From Trichosphaerium sp. ATCC 40318 (taxonomy: Eukaryota; Protista; Tubulinea): a stretch of 64,000 bases of DNA. Shown here piece by piece: positions 13,504 through 26,337 of this stretch (its first letter is position 1; the number at the start of each line of letters is the position of its first letter). The translations under genes were made by a program, and so were the position numbers. The stretch covers positions 1-64,000 of the forward strand of contig JALMLS010000173.1 in the NCBI GenBank assembly GCA_038496445.1. Reading direction: 5' to 3'. A model generated the notes under the pieces. That model was not told the DNA's origin, did no database searches, and worked only from the letters and a program-made list of their open reading frames with translations.

Positions 13504-15196
13504 ATGGAGAAGGAGGAAGCCGATGTATTACCTTTTGAATCGTTTCCGCGTGAAATACTTGTGTTAATCATCTATAACCTCGATGTGGAATATTTGGTAG
13601 CTCTTGGCGCTACTTCTAAGTCTTTTAGATCATTTACATCTGATAACTTTTTGTGGCAATGGTTTTACGCCCAACACTTCGTATCAGAACCTAAAGGTAC
13701 CGATTCAAGCGTTTAAATACAATTTACAAACAAACTTCAACAGGTGATAACATCAAGAGCGCTTTTATCTACGAATGGACACACAAGGTACTAATCTAAC
13801 TGAACCCATTGCAAACTGTCAAAAAAAGCCGGCTCTAAGAGCGTAGCAAAGTTTGTTCAAATTCTACTCGAAATGTGTTAACAGCCTTGTTGTAGATGGT
13901 CATGCTCCAAGTTTACAGGTGACCAACTTTTAATGTCTCGCTACTAGACCATTTTAACATCTTCCCAGTTCGTACAATAATGAAGTAGCAAAACATTTTC
14001 CAAAGTTGGAAATGTCAAAGACATCCGAAAGAAAAATAACAGCATCTGACAATGAAGTACGTGTTTACACCTTTAAAGTTAACTTGAACACTACCTAATA
14101 CAAACACGTTTTTTAAGATCAAGTGTTGTTTCTGTGGAGGTGGAGGCGTAGGATGTGTATGTTTCAAGAGTTTTTTTTTTTTTGTCACGTGATAAACCAC
14201 GTGTTTTGACAACCTCGATAATAGACCGCCATAATCACAAGATACATAACTGGTCGGTTCCTGGAGGAATATGATCCAATAATCGGTATGTGAGGGAAAC
14301 CCAAATATGTAGAACTTTGTCAAAAAAAAGTCGAAAATTCGGCACACTAATTATCCTATATTATGTCATAGGAACTATTTAGAAAGCCCCCCTTTCAAGA
14401 GAGGTTTGGGGGGGGCAGATCCTAGCTGTAGTGACATGACTTGTTGTACATCTGATACGGCACTCTAACACTGTATTTAGAAGATGAAACGATACTGTAC
14501 ATCAAAAAGGGAAATTTTTATGCTGAATTTAATGTACTCGATACCGCCGGCCAAGAAGAGTGCGTTTACATATCAGACTTCCAATTTTCGTGTTACATTT
14601 TTTGAAGTTAACTTTTTTATATCGGTTAGGTATAGTGCCATGCGTGATCAATACATGCGCAGCCGAGAGATATTTGTTCTTGTTTACTCTTGTAGAAGTA
14701 GATCAAGCTTTGATGAACTTAATAGTTTCAGTAAACAGATCATGCGCGTTCAGGATGTCGATGTATTCCCAATGATACTAGTACTGCTCTTTGCTGCGAT
14801 ATTCGTGATGGTTTTGGTCAGTTTAGTCACTTTTGTTAGGTTGCGAATAAGTGTGATCTAGTAGATGAAATACAAGTACCCGATTCTGAAGGTATAGAAT
14901 GTGCAAAGTCATGGGGAGCACGTTTCATCTCTGTGAGTTGTAAAACAGGAAAAAATATTTACAAACTTTTTGAACTTATTATTGAACACTATCAACATAT
15001 GGTGTTACAGCAACCTGTAAGGTATTGTCCATTTTTAAAGTTATAACGTTTCAAGTGTTTATCAATTCTCCTATTAATAACATTATTTAATGGTTCCTCA
15101 CAACACGTGCTACTCATGTCTAACCTTAAAAATAGTACTACAAAAAATAAATCCAAGATATCCAAATTTTTCTCTAAGATGCTTGGCAAGAAATGA
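13504..15196 (+). CDS. F-box + Ras-family GTPase fusion with degenerate P-loop
   Basis: F-box [35 protein letters not shown], followed by spliced exons [13 protein letters not shown]|[20 protein letters not shown]|[12 protein letters not shown]|[10 protein letters not shown]..|[17 protein letters not shown]. The last exon (polybasic ..[10 protein letters not shown]) is tentative. Confidence 0.8.
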
Positions 15197-15915
15197 TGTA
15201 ACTTGTATAAACTAAGCACTTGATTAATGGCACTCAATATAATTACACAACACCATGATTAATCACCGTTACACAAAATCTTTAACATACGAGGACAATT
15301 TCATTCTTAATGGAAGAACATTAGCTTGCCGAGGCAATAATTTGTGGCGACAAACAAAGCATAGGTCTTAACAATTAATAAAAAAGTAAGGTTAGTAGCG
15401 CATCACCAATATCATGTTTGAGCTTGAGTTCTAAGCGGAGAAAGGCGATTGCTTTGGCAACTCGAACACTATCCAAAGTTCTTCAACACGAATTAAAACA
15501 CGTGATTTTTAAATTGAAAAAAAAAGTGGTTTAGGTCCACCCAGACCAACCTTGTCAAACTGACTCTAAGTGCACATTATAAGCAAAATAGAGATGTTTT
15601 AATGTGGAGGTAAAGACTACTCATTAAAGGAAAAATCTTGGAATTTTGTTCATGAAACACGTGGTATGTAAACATACTTATGGATGATCCCTTTCTTTCC
15701 GAAAACTCTTATGTGCCCGTAGGCTGTAGCCGTAAATCAGTTTGCTACAGTGGTTTTAACAGCACCTTGTTGAGTAGTTGCCAACTATGTTATAAAGTTA
15801 GAGTTAGTCTAGTTCGATAAAAAAAACAGAAGAGTAAGTTGCTAAGGCATGAACTTTAAGCAAACCTATATATATACACCTACTCACTACGCTAAGCACA
15901 TATTAAAGAAAGAGT

Positions 15916-17333
15916 ATGTTACATAAATCTACGAATATACCTGAAGAGTACGTTTCCAATGAATATTGTTGTGATGTCTTTTTTCTAGTCCTTTCTCACT
16001 CAAACTTGTCTCTGATTACATACTCACAGGCCATTCGAATTACTTTGGCTACCTACAGAAATTATCTTTTGTATCCTGGCGTTTTTAGGCAAGAAATGCC
16101 GTATATCTGCTACATTCGCTTGTAAACTGTTTTCTACAATCATTTTGGAGCATTTAGGGTATTTAACAGTGAGTGTCAAGTCAACAGAAAATCTACACAA
16201 ACTGTACAGAAGTCCTCTTTTAACAAATACGACAGTAATTATTCACAACATTGTTATGACTGATGATGACTTTAAAAGTATTTCTGGTGTTCACCACCTA
16301 GAAATTAACAATTGGGGGATTTCATTAACAGATACTATGTTAGGACACATAGCAGGTGTACGTCATCTGAAAGTTGCGATGAAATTCTCTGGATCCAAGT
16401 TGACAAGTCTTGGGTTTAAGTCACTTCATGGTATTCATACACTACTCATGCCACAAATGTATTTAGAAGATGAATGGCTTCAAGAACTTAATAGTATCCA
16501 TACACTTGATATTTCAAACACAGATATAACAGACAAAGGACTTGCGGCACTGTATGGTTCACACTATTAATTTAAATTGTTGCAGCGAAATTAGCGACAA
16601 AGGTGTCATTGCCATTTCAGGTGGTGTACACAAAATACAGCTTAGTGAATGTAGTATTACAGATCAAAGTGTAAGATATCTAACAAACGCTACTGCATTG
16701 TCATTTTGTGACTGTAAGGGCATTACAGATGAAGGAGTAAAGTATTTGTTAACACAAAATCAAACAACAAAGAAAATCAACAAAATTAACCTTGAACGCT
16801 GTACTCAAATATCAAACAATGTGTTGAAACTTCTTGCTGGTATACCTTGTATAGAGATAGGTGGTTGTGATCAACTAACTGATGAAACTCTGGCATGTTT
16901 GGTAGGTGTAAATCATATTGATTTGAATGATTGTAACGCTTTAACAAATGATGGGATAAAACAATTGGCAGGTGTGAAAGTGATAAATATTTCTTGGCTT
17001 CATTGTGTTGATGATAGCACTTTACAGGCTCTTGCTGGAGTGCATACAATATTTATTGATGATACACATGTGACAGATGAAGGTTTAAGCTACTTAATTG
17101 GAGCTAAAGTCATAAGTCTTTACAAATGTAAGCACATAACTGACAAAGGAGTGAATAGTCTCATTGGTGTTAAGAAAATAGATCTTCATGGCTGCAAACA
17201 AATCACAGATAATGGAGTTGTTAATTTAACAAGCATTGATGAAATTGATTGCCTTAGTACTCAAATAACATGCCAAATGACTGATCAACTAGGATGCAAA
17301 ACAGACGTTGAAACTTTTTGGCCTGATTTTTGA
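15916..17333 (+). CDS. F-box/leucine-rich repeat protein with one frameshift (pseudogene or assembly error)
   Basis: Exon 1 MLHKSTNIPEE, an intron, then F-box LLWLPTEIIFCILAFL..ACKLF and many xxGVHTIxLxxCxxITDxG repeats. The frame breaks near 16557 (TATGGTTCACACT where the repeat consensus expects YGVHT). Confidence 0.78.
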
Positions 17334-17815
17334 TTGCTTAAGCATTTTCTCTACATAAATACATTAAACGTCGTTCTGTTTATTTTCAAATACTCAATTC
17401 AATGAATTTGGTTGTTGAATTAGCTTGCTACTCAGATGTTATGGACAAATGTGATAGAACAAACATGAGTGTACTTACGTACACGACGGCAAGGCAATGT
17501 GTGCCACTCATGAACGAGTAGGTTCTGTAAACTGACGGACCCATTCCGCACATCAAAAAATCTAACTATCAAGGTAGAAATGAAATTGTTCTCGCCCGCT
17601 TAAACAAGAAGTAAACAGGAACGTTATCGTGGTACCATAACGGAGGTTAACAAATAATATTACCATAGCTTATCGATAAAGAATGCAGTAACAAAATAAG
17701 TTATAGCATAATAGCTATCCGATCCGTACGTCTTATTCAGAAAAATGCCAACTTTTTCTAATTCAGATAATCCAAGAACGTCATCGTATTATTTGGTTTC
17801 TATTGCTGTAAAACA

Positions 17816-19573
<1,758 letters not shown>

Positions 19574-19854
19574 ACATTACATCTTTCTCTTACGCCAAAA
19601 GGAGAAGCGGCAAGTTGGTATTAAAACAAGAGCTTATAAATCTGACTTAAGAAAGACATATTGAGCTTAAACTGTATCCTACAGATGCTGTTATTTCTGC
19701 TCTTCTTCTTTTCACTGGATCTGGAGAACATAGCATACGTGCGAGTTGTATTGCTATTCTCAATGGATTTATGTTCAACTATACAGTCAAAGAGAATGGT
19801 ACTAAGGGGCTTTCATACTAATCATAGTCAGAACGTGATATTTTAGTTTACAAC

Positions 19855-20205
19855 ACCAGCGATTAGTACAGCTTTTTATATGGTGTGCCTGTAGTATTAG
19901 GTAGGAGAGCACTGTATCGCTCAGAACCTAGGATATTTTTTTAGATTGTCTAAAATTAATACAGTACAGGCACTGTTTGTGTCCCTGTGGAATAGCATTA
20001 GTGTCATGTAACAAAAAAGGGACTTACCAGATGTCCTGGTGTAGTTGTTTTCCTTTGTCTGTTACAAGAGTTTCCCTTAAACAAGGTTAGTGTGAATATT
20101 AATGTATTATAAAACCGTACCCACAGCTGAACACCCAAGAAATACTGCTTTGTATCTTGTAGGCTTTTCCGCCAGTGGCTTTTCTACAATGTAGTATGAG
20201 CTCAT
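19855..20205 (-). pseudogene. Rab5-like GTPase pseudogene (copy D), internally deleted and 3'-truncated
   Basis: MSSYYIVEKPLAEKPTRYKAVFLGCSAVG, then a jump from the GKT micro-exon into exon 4. SERYSALLP is retained; later exons are absent. Confidence 0.8.
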
Positions 20206-20904
20206 TGTATTTTCTGGAGTTGTTATTGAATTACCATTGCAATATCCTCTTTGGCTACAAGGTTTGTAAACCTTAAATATTGAATGGTATGACATGGATG
20301 GAGCCGCTTGAAACAGTACATGAAGACAAATAAAACGTTTCTACACTGATTCTTACTAGGTGGTTATTTACAAGCTAAGATAAGTATTGTCCGTATCGTA
20401 CAAATATCAAAGCTCTTGCGAGAACTAACTACAACGTACACTCAGAGCAAGATACTTTGGAAGCGCTTGTAATCAATTTAATTTCTTTGAGGTTTTTATG
20501 TTATCTCACATTATCTCATGTGAAATATTCCTCTTTATGCCTGAATGTGCCGTGGTGCTAGTAAGCTACCGTGTAAAAAGCATTATCAATTCGTTTTAGA
20601 ACTGCATAAGCTAATGTACCAAATAAAATAATGGTGGCTAAGAACACGTGGTGTCGCAATAATATTGTATGTGTTGTCCACGTGGATTTGTTTTTTTCAG
20701 AACTGATAAGATCTGCGTGTAGTTTTGACAGATCTCGCAAGAACTAACAAGATCCTGCAAGAACTAACAGAAGTTGCAAGATCTGTCAGATGACTAAACA
20801 CGAAACCAAAATCACAAACAGCAAAAAGTTGCAAACTTGAACAATATGGACAATGTGGTTACAAATAAAGAAAACCGAAACAGTTGAAGGGTGCTCAAAA
20901 AAAG

Positions 20905-21510
20905 TGAGCCTTGATAAATTTACAAGTCCTTTATGTTTTTGCAGGCTTTTTGGAGGTTTGCTGCTCAAAATCTTTGCCATGTGTACAAGTAAACTAAGTT
21001 GTTTCAGAAAATCAAGTTGTAAAAAAAGTAATTAAAATTTCAAGGTACCCCTCTCCTGTTGAAGCTGATACTTCTATGAACGCGCTAACCTTTGGGTTGT
21101 TAAACTTGGTTTGACCATCCTCTGAAGTGATTGTTCTATGATCTACTCTATCAATCTTATTTGCACATACAATGGTGTGACAATTGTAGTATATAGGTAG
21201 GAGAGCACTGTATCGCTCAGAACCTAGGATATTTTGTTAGATTTAGTAATTTGAGAGTTTGCTATAGACATATGATTGGCGTACATTCATCAAATGTGTT
21301 TCTTGTTATGCGTATGCCAAGCTACAAATGAGTTGAGATGTTTGAACAAGTGACTTGATTTTATGTACGCTAGTTTTCCTTAAAACAAGGTTAGTGAATA
21401 TAAATGTATTATAAAACCGTACCTACAGCTGAACACCCAAGAAATACTGCTTTGTATCTTGTAGGCTTTTCCGCCTGTGGCTTTTCTACAATGTAGCAGT
21501 ATGAGCTCAT
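20905..21510 (-). pseudogene. Rab5-like GTPase pseudogene (copy E), mirror of copy C with internal deletions
   Basis: Exons 1-3 are present (GCSAVG, GKTS, LGIRITRNTFDE) and exons 4-5 are deleted. SERYSALLPIYY is fused directly to NCHTIVCANKID; the terminal exon MAKILSSKPPK is present. Confidence 0.8.
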
Positions 21511-21850
21511 TGTATTTCCTGGAGTTGTTATTGAATTTACACGACCTTTTTATGGTTAGATTTTGCCTCAAGTTAGAGACATACCCACATTTGATTACTA
21601 AACTGACAGGATCTTGTCAGTTTTGTTAGTTCTGTTAATCACAGGGAAAAAAGGAACCACACCTCTACATAGCATACGTGCGAGTTGTATTGCTATTCTC
21701 AATGGATTTATGTTCAACTATACAGTCGAAGAGAATGGTACTAAGGGGCTTTCATACCAGTCCTTGTCAAGAGCTGAACGGACTAGTCAACATTTGTGAA
21801 ACAATTTTACAAAAAAAAAACACCATAAACTATGCCAAAAAGGTTTTTAT

Positions 21851-24800
21851 CTAGTTTCCAGGATTTAAAAAAGACACCAATTCTTGTACAATACTGTGTA
21901 CAGTTACTAGAAGATACTTATCAGCACTTTCAAGAGAGTCATACAAACTATCGTAGACAAGATTGATGTCTGATAGCATGTACTGGTACTTTGCTTGTGT
22001 TATGACATAAATTATAGCAGGCCATACTTTATCAGCTCCACCACATAAACGGTAATAGTCGTACAGTTTTGGCTCTTTGTCTTTTGTTTTTTGGGAAAAA
22101 ATTGAGAATGTGCTTCTTTTTTTCTTTTCCGTATTAGGTTGAGAAGCTGCTTTTTTTTTTTTTTCGGTAATACTTATGCAAATGCCGATACGTCGACTCA
22201 TCTCTCTTAAGTGACAAAATTTTTGGTAAGGAGATTTCGCTTCTGATATTCGTTTTATTGCATCAACAGCATCTTTCCACTGTGTAGAACCTTGGAGCGC
22301 CTATTTCGTAAAATATTAAGTACAAAAGAATATTTTGGAACACGTGCTTCTGGCAAGGGGTCGTTTGTGTGTTCAAGCATAGCCTTGGTCAACTCCTTAT
22401 CTGCTTTTTCGTACTAAATAAATAGAAAATTAGGCTTGAAGGTACATGGTGGAAAGTATCTTAAGTACATGTCTTTTGTATGTGCCATACACTAGAGAAG
22501 AGATATCTTGTTCCTCAAATAGTTTGGCATGTACCCAAGCCATAATCGTATTTTTAACCTCATATGGGAGCTTAAATTTTGGTGTAAAATTGCGAACTAT
22601 CGTAGCGAGTACTTCCTTCAATGCACTTGCAAGTTTTTCGACATCTGACGTGCTGTGCTTTTGACCAAACGTAATACCAAATTGTTTAATAGAATTCTCA
22701 TGTTGTCTACTCTACAATTTAGACTTATAAGGGTACCACAACGTACTCTAGTTGTTCATATAACGCAGTAGTACTAAATACCGGACTATTCTTGTAAACC
22801 TTGAATATATCAGAAATAATCACGTTTCTAAAGTCACGTACTTGATGGTTTTCTGGTTTTATTTTATCTACCATCCACCCAGTTATGCCACCTTTGCATA
22901 TAGGACACTTATCTTGTAGCTTATAAGCACAATAGGTACATAAATGGTTGCAACGATGAATTGTGTCTTTACACACAAAACATATTGGTGTCTTAACAAA
23001 TCATGTGAGTGTTAAAGCGTGAATTTTGTTACATACCGTGCTTTCTGTTGGGTCAACTTTCTCTCTTATTTCTGCAGTATTAAAGTTATATTGAGTACAT
23101 GCCCCCTCTATTTTTACTCTATGTCTTGTCAAGAACTCTCTCTTCCATACATATTCACATAGCGCAGTTTCAGTTAAGTCCAAAGACAATCGTTGCGCCT
23201 GCATTATTAGGTTAGATTACAATAGTTAAAAAAAAAAAACAGTTAAGTATTCTTACGTTAACAACACTCTCAATGTCTAAGACGCAAACATTAAGGCAAT
23301 TACATATGTACGCAATATTCCCTTCAAGGTTGCCCAGAGCCTTATTAGTCAAATCAGTGAACTCTGACTTGTTTGTGATATCTTTTAAGTTCTTTATCAG
23401 CATTTCAAATAGTCTCTGTTTGGTTTCTACATCGTGTTAGTCTAAACAAACGTAAAAGCACTACAAAGCATACCTTGTTCATCCTTTCCAGACGGCATTT
23501 TAGAAGTCCATATGTTTGGAAGAGCAATTGCTCCCGCTCCAACAGCCAGAACAGCCACACCGCCAGTAGTCACTGTAAGTACAGATAGCATCGTGGCAGC
23601 TGCAGGGTTCAATAAGTAGTATTCAACAACATTTTTGTACCAACTATTGCTACACTTGCCGCACCAGCAACGCCAAGTGAAGCTGTAGCAACATTTGAAC
23701 TTGTAGGTGCTTGGAAAAATGAGAGTAAGAAATTAAACGGACGAATGGTATATACCTAATCGTTGAGCATTCCACTATCAATTTATAAGTACACTTTGGT
23801 AAAAAATAGTAATAAATAACACGAACCTGAGTACTCAATTCAAGAGTTTGGGATGAGCTAAAGAAAACCATGACAACAAATTTAAATAAAAGGTGCGAAA
23901 GCAAGGCAAAACCCACTGAAGGTACTTTTTCTTCCTTTTTTTTTTTTTTTTTTTTTCATTCGCTGCACATATGATTTGAACGTACCAAACTGAACTACTT
24001 TTATTCTTAAAAACTTCTTTGGTGATTGTTTGTAAGCTTTCTACTTGACTTTGTATCCACCTTTTGAATTAAATTAATTGTTAAATACACGTGATCAAAT
24101 AATACAAAACACTCACACATCTAGTTTTTTTCGCTCCTCATGGACAAAGGTAATCAGAGTATCATGTGAATATCTATCAAAATATATCTTTAATTGTTCA
24201 TAAACCTTCGACTCGTAATCAGTGAAGTGCCTATTTCTTTGGAACCAGCTTGAACTTGGTAATTCAAAAGGAACTGTTGGTGTCATTTCCTAAAGACAAA
24301 AACCAATATAAGCGCGTCATAAGAGAACAGTTTTTGATGAAAAAAAAACGATACACATACCTCTAATTTAGTAGAACCACACAGTACGTTTTTAAATTTG
24401 TCTACTACTTTTGAGAAACGCGCCTTGAAATTTTTCTTAACTTCTTCTACTTTTAGTCTTGCTTCCGTTTCAAATCTTCGAATCTCAATATGTATTTTTT
24501 TAACTTTTCGTTCAACATCTTTGTAATCAATCTTGGACAGAGTAGTGTTTGGCTTATCAATCGATTTTGTAACGTGTGCCAATATTATCTTGGACAAGAA
24601 TAAATGCTGCACACTAAATAGAGGATCAACAGTCACAAATGTATTCTATCCATGTTTCTGTACCGAATCAATTGACGCATATTACTCAACATTGTTGATA
24701 CTGTTGTGTTTGACACTGCTTGCAAACTTTCACCGAGAGCTCTTTTGAACTCAGTGAAACCCGGACTCTTTTCGCCATAACTACATTGCTTTATGTTGAA

Positions 24801-26098
24801 CTATGTGTACTACCATTAAATATACTAACAATTACATTCCACGCACTTTAAATATTTTAGGGTCCTCAATCTGTAACTCGTCCCGTAATATCTTCTCTGC
24901 CTTCCGAATATCTTCTTCTGAGTCTGTACTGTAAATATTGAGAACAAACAAAACATTTTTGCCCATGGAATGCTGATGAGCAATAAATTTTAGTTCACGT
25001 TCTCCCTAAATTGTAGAGTCAGTTCTGTAAATCTCTTTGTGCTCGTACAGTAACGTCTCCACACAGTAACACGTGGATAATCAAAGGTGCTGAATAAACA
25101 TAATGTTGTGCTTGTAATCTTGAGCGTTCAGTGCTATTTCCAGGGGTATCGATGATGCATATACCAGGCTTGTCTATGCCAAAAATAGGGCTACATTTGG
25201 TCAAAAAAAAAAGTTCCAGATTTTTTTATGTACCGTTGAAATTGGACTTCCTTTACTAGCGGATATTTATGTAGCACCTTCGGTATATCAAATAGTACAC
25301 GCAGTGTTTCACCTGGTTATTATTAGCTGTGTAGTTACAGATAATAGTATACTAACCAAGCTTATCTGCGGAAATTTCTGGATTTTTTTGCAAAGTCGCC
25401 AATACCGATTTAAGTTCCAGGTGCTTGCCTTGTACATCAGGACGATCCCACGTTTGTTTTATATCAGCGTTGGGCTCTAAAGCAACGTGTGCTGCTCTAA
25501 ATTGGTTAAGGATAAAAAAAGTTACGAAGTACAAAAAATTACCTGGCTGTGTCCCGCATTCCTGAAGAAATAATACAAGGACAAGATGTGCACCGTGTTT
25601 TTGCAGTTGGTAGTATATCTGCGCCAAGAAATATATTGCCGAGGGTGCTTTTTCCTGCATTACGACCATAGAGTACCACAGTGGCCTTATCACTTTCAAG
25701 CTTTGGTTCGTTCAATCAGATTTGCTATCAAAAAGTGTACCGTACCCTTTCCAAGTGCTCCCTAGACATTTCATGTACAACAGCAAACGGGGAAGTCCCA
25801 GAAAACAGATTTTTGGAAACGACAGACACCTCCTTCATTTCTGAGAACGATTTTAATGCCATCTACAAATTTAAGTAAGGTGGGGTGGCATATGGGCCGT
25901 TTCACGTACTTGAAATTCTTTGTCTTCATAAAACTCTTTTACTTTTTCTTTTAGCGATATGGTGAGGCCAAGCTGTTCACTGAGCGAATTGATATCAATT
26001 TCTGGCTCCAGCTCTGAGTGTATGTGAGTAATTCAATCATTGGCATTAGAAAAAGCGCTGATACCAGTATTAGTATTTAGTTCCACACTCTTTTCCAT
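21851..26098 (-). CDS. Dynamin-like GTPase - TM hairpin - RING - VPS9 fusion protein, copy 1
   Basis: Spliced: MEKSVELNTNT|ELEPEID..; VVLYGRNAGKSTLGNIFLGADILPTAKTRCT (dynamin-type G1/G2); IIDTPG (G3); hydrophobic GVAGAASVAIV..MLSVLTVTTGGVAVLAVGAGAIALP; RING-like CFVC..CNHLCTYC..CPIC; VPS9 SPYQKFCHL..GGADKVWPAIIYVITQA..KYLLVTV. Confidence 0.85.
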
Positions 26099-26337
26099 GG
26101 ACAAAAAGAACTAAAGATTTGTGTTGGTTATCCGTTTATTTGTTTTGTGGTTTGTTCCCTTCCTACTTTTACACTTTGTGCTTTTCAATGAAAGGAACCG
26201 CTAGCGCTACTTTTTTGCTCACTATATGTTATGTTGCTTTGTGGAAAAAAAGAACCGCCAATTTCTTTCATGTGAACGCACAAGGCTCAACATGTGAGTG
26301 AATAGTTCTTGTAAATTCAATAAACAAAAAAACAAAC
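26099..26337. promoter_or_regulatory. Putative bidirectional promoter of pair 1 (dynamin-VPS9 / Rab A)
   Basis: 239 bp between divergent ATGs; the sequence is conserved with 30076-30311. Confidence 0.6.

Noticed and set aside
13915-14195. Initially read as a mobile insertion disrupting the F-box-Ras gene because it recurs at 36.5 kb
   Set aside because: It contains genuine exons of that gene, including the P-loop exon; the 36.5 kb copy is a paralogous relic.
16545-16570. Programmed frameshift in the F-box/LRR gene
   Set aside because: No slippery heptamer; a simple 2-nt loss (mutation or assembly error) explains it.
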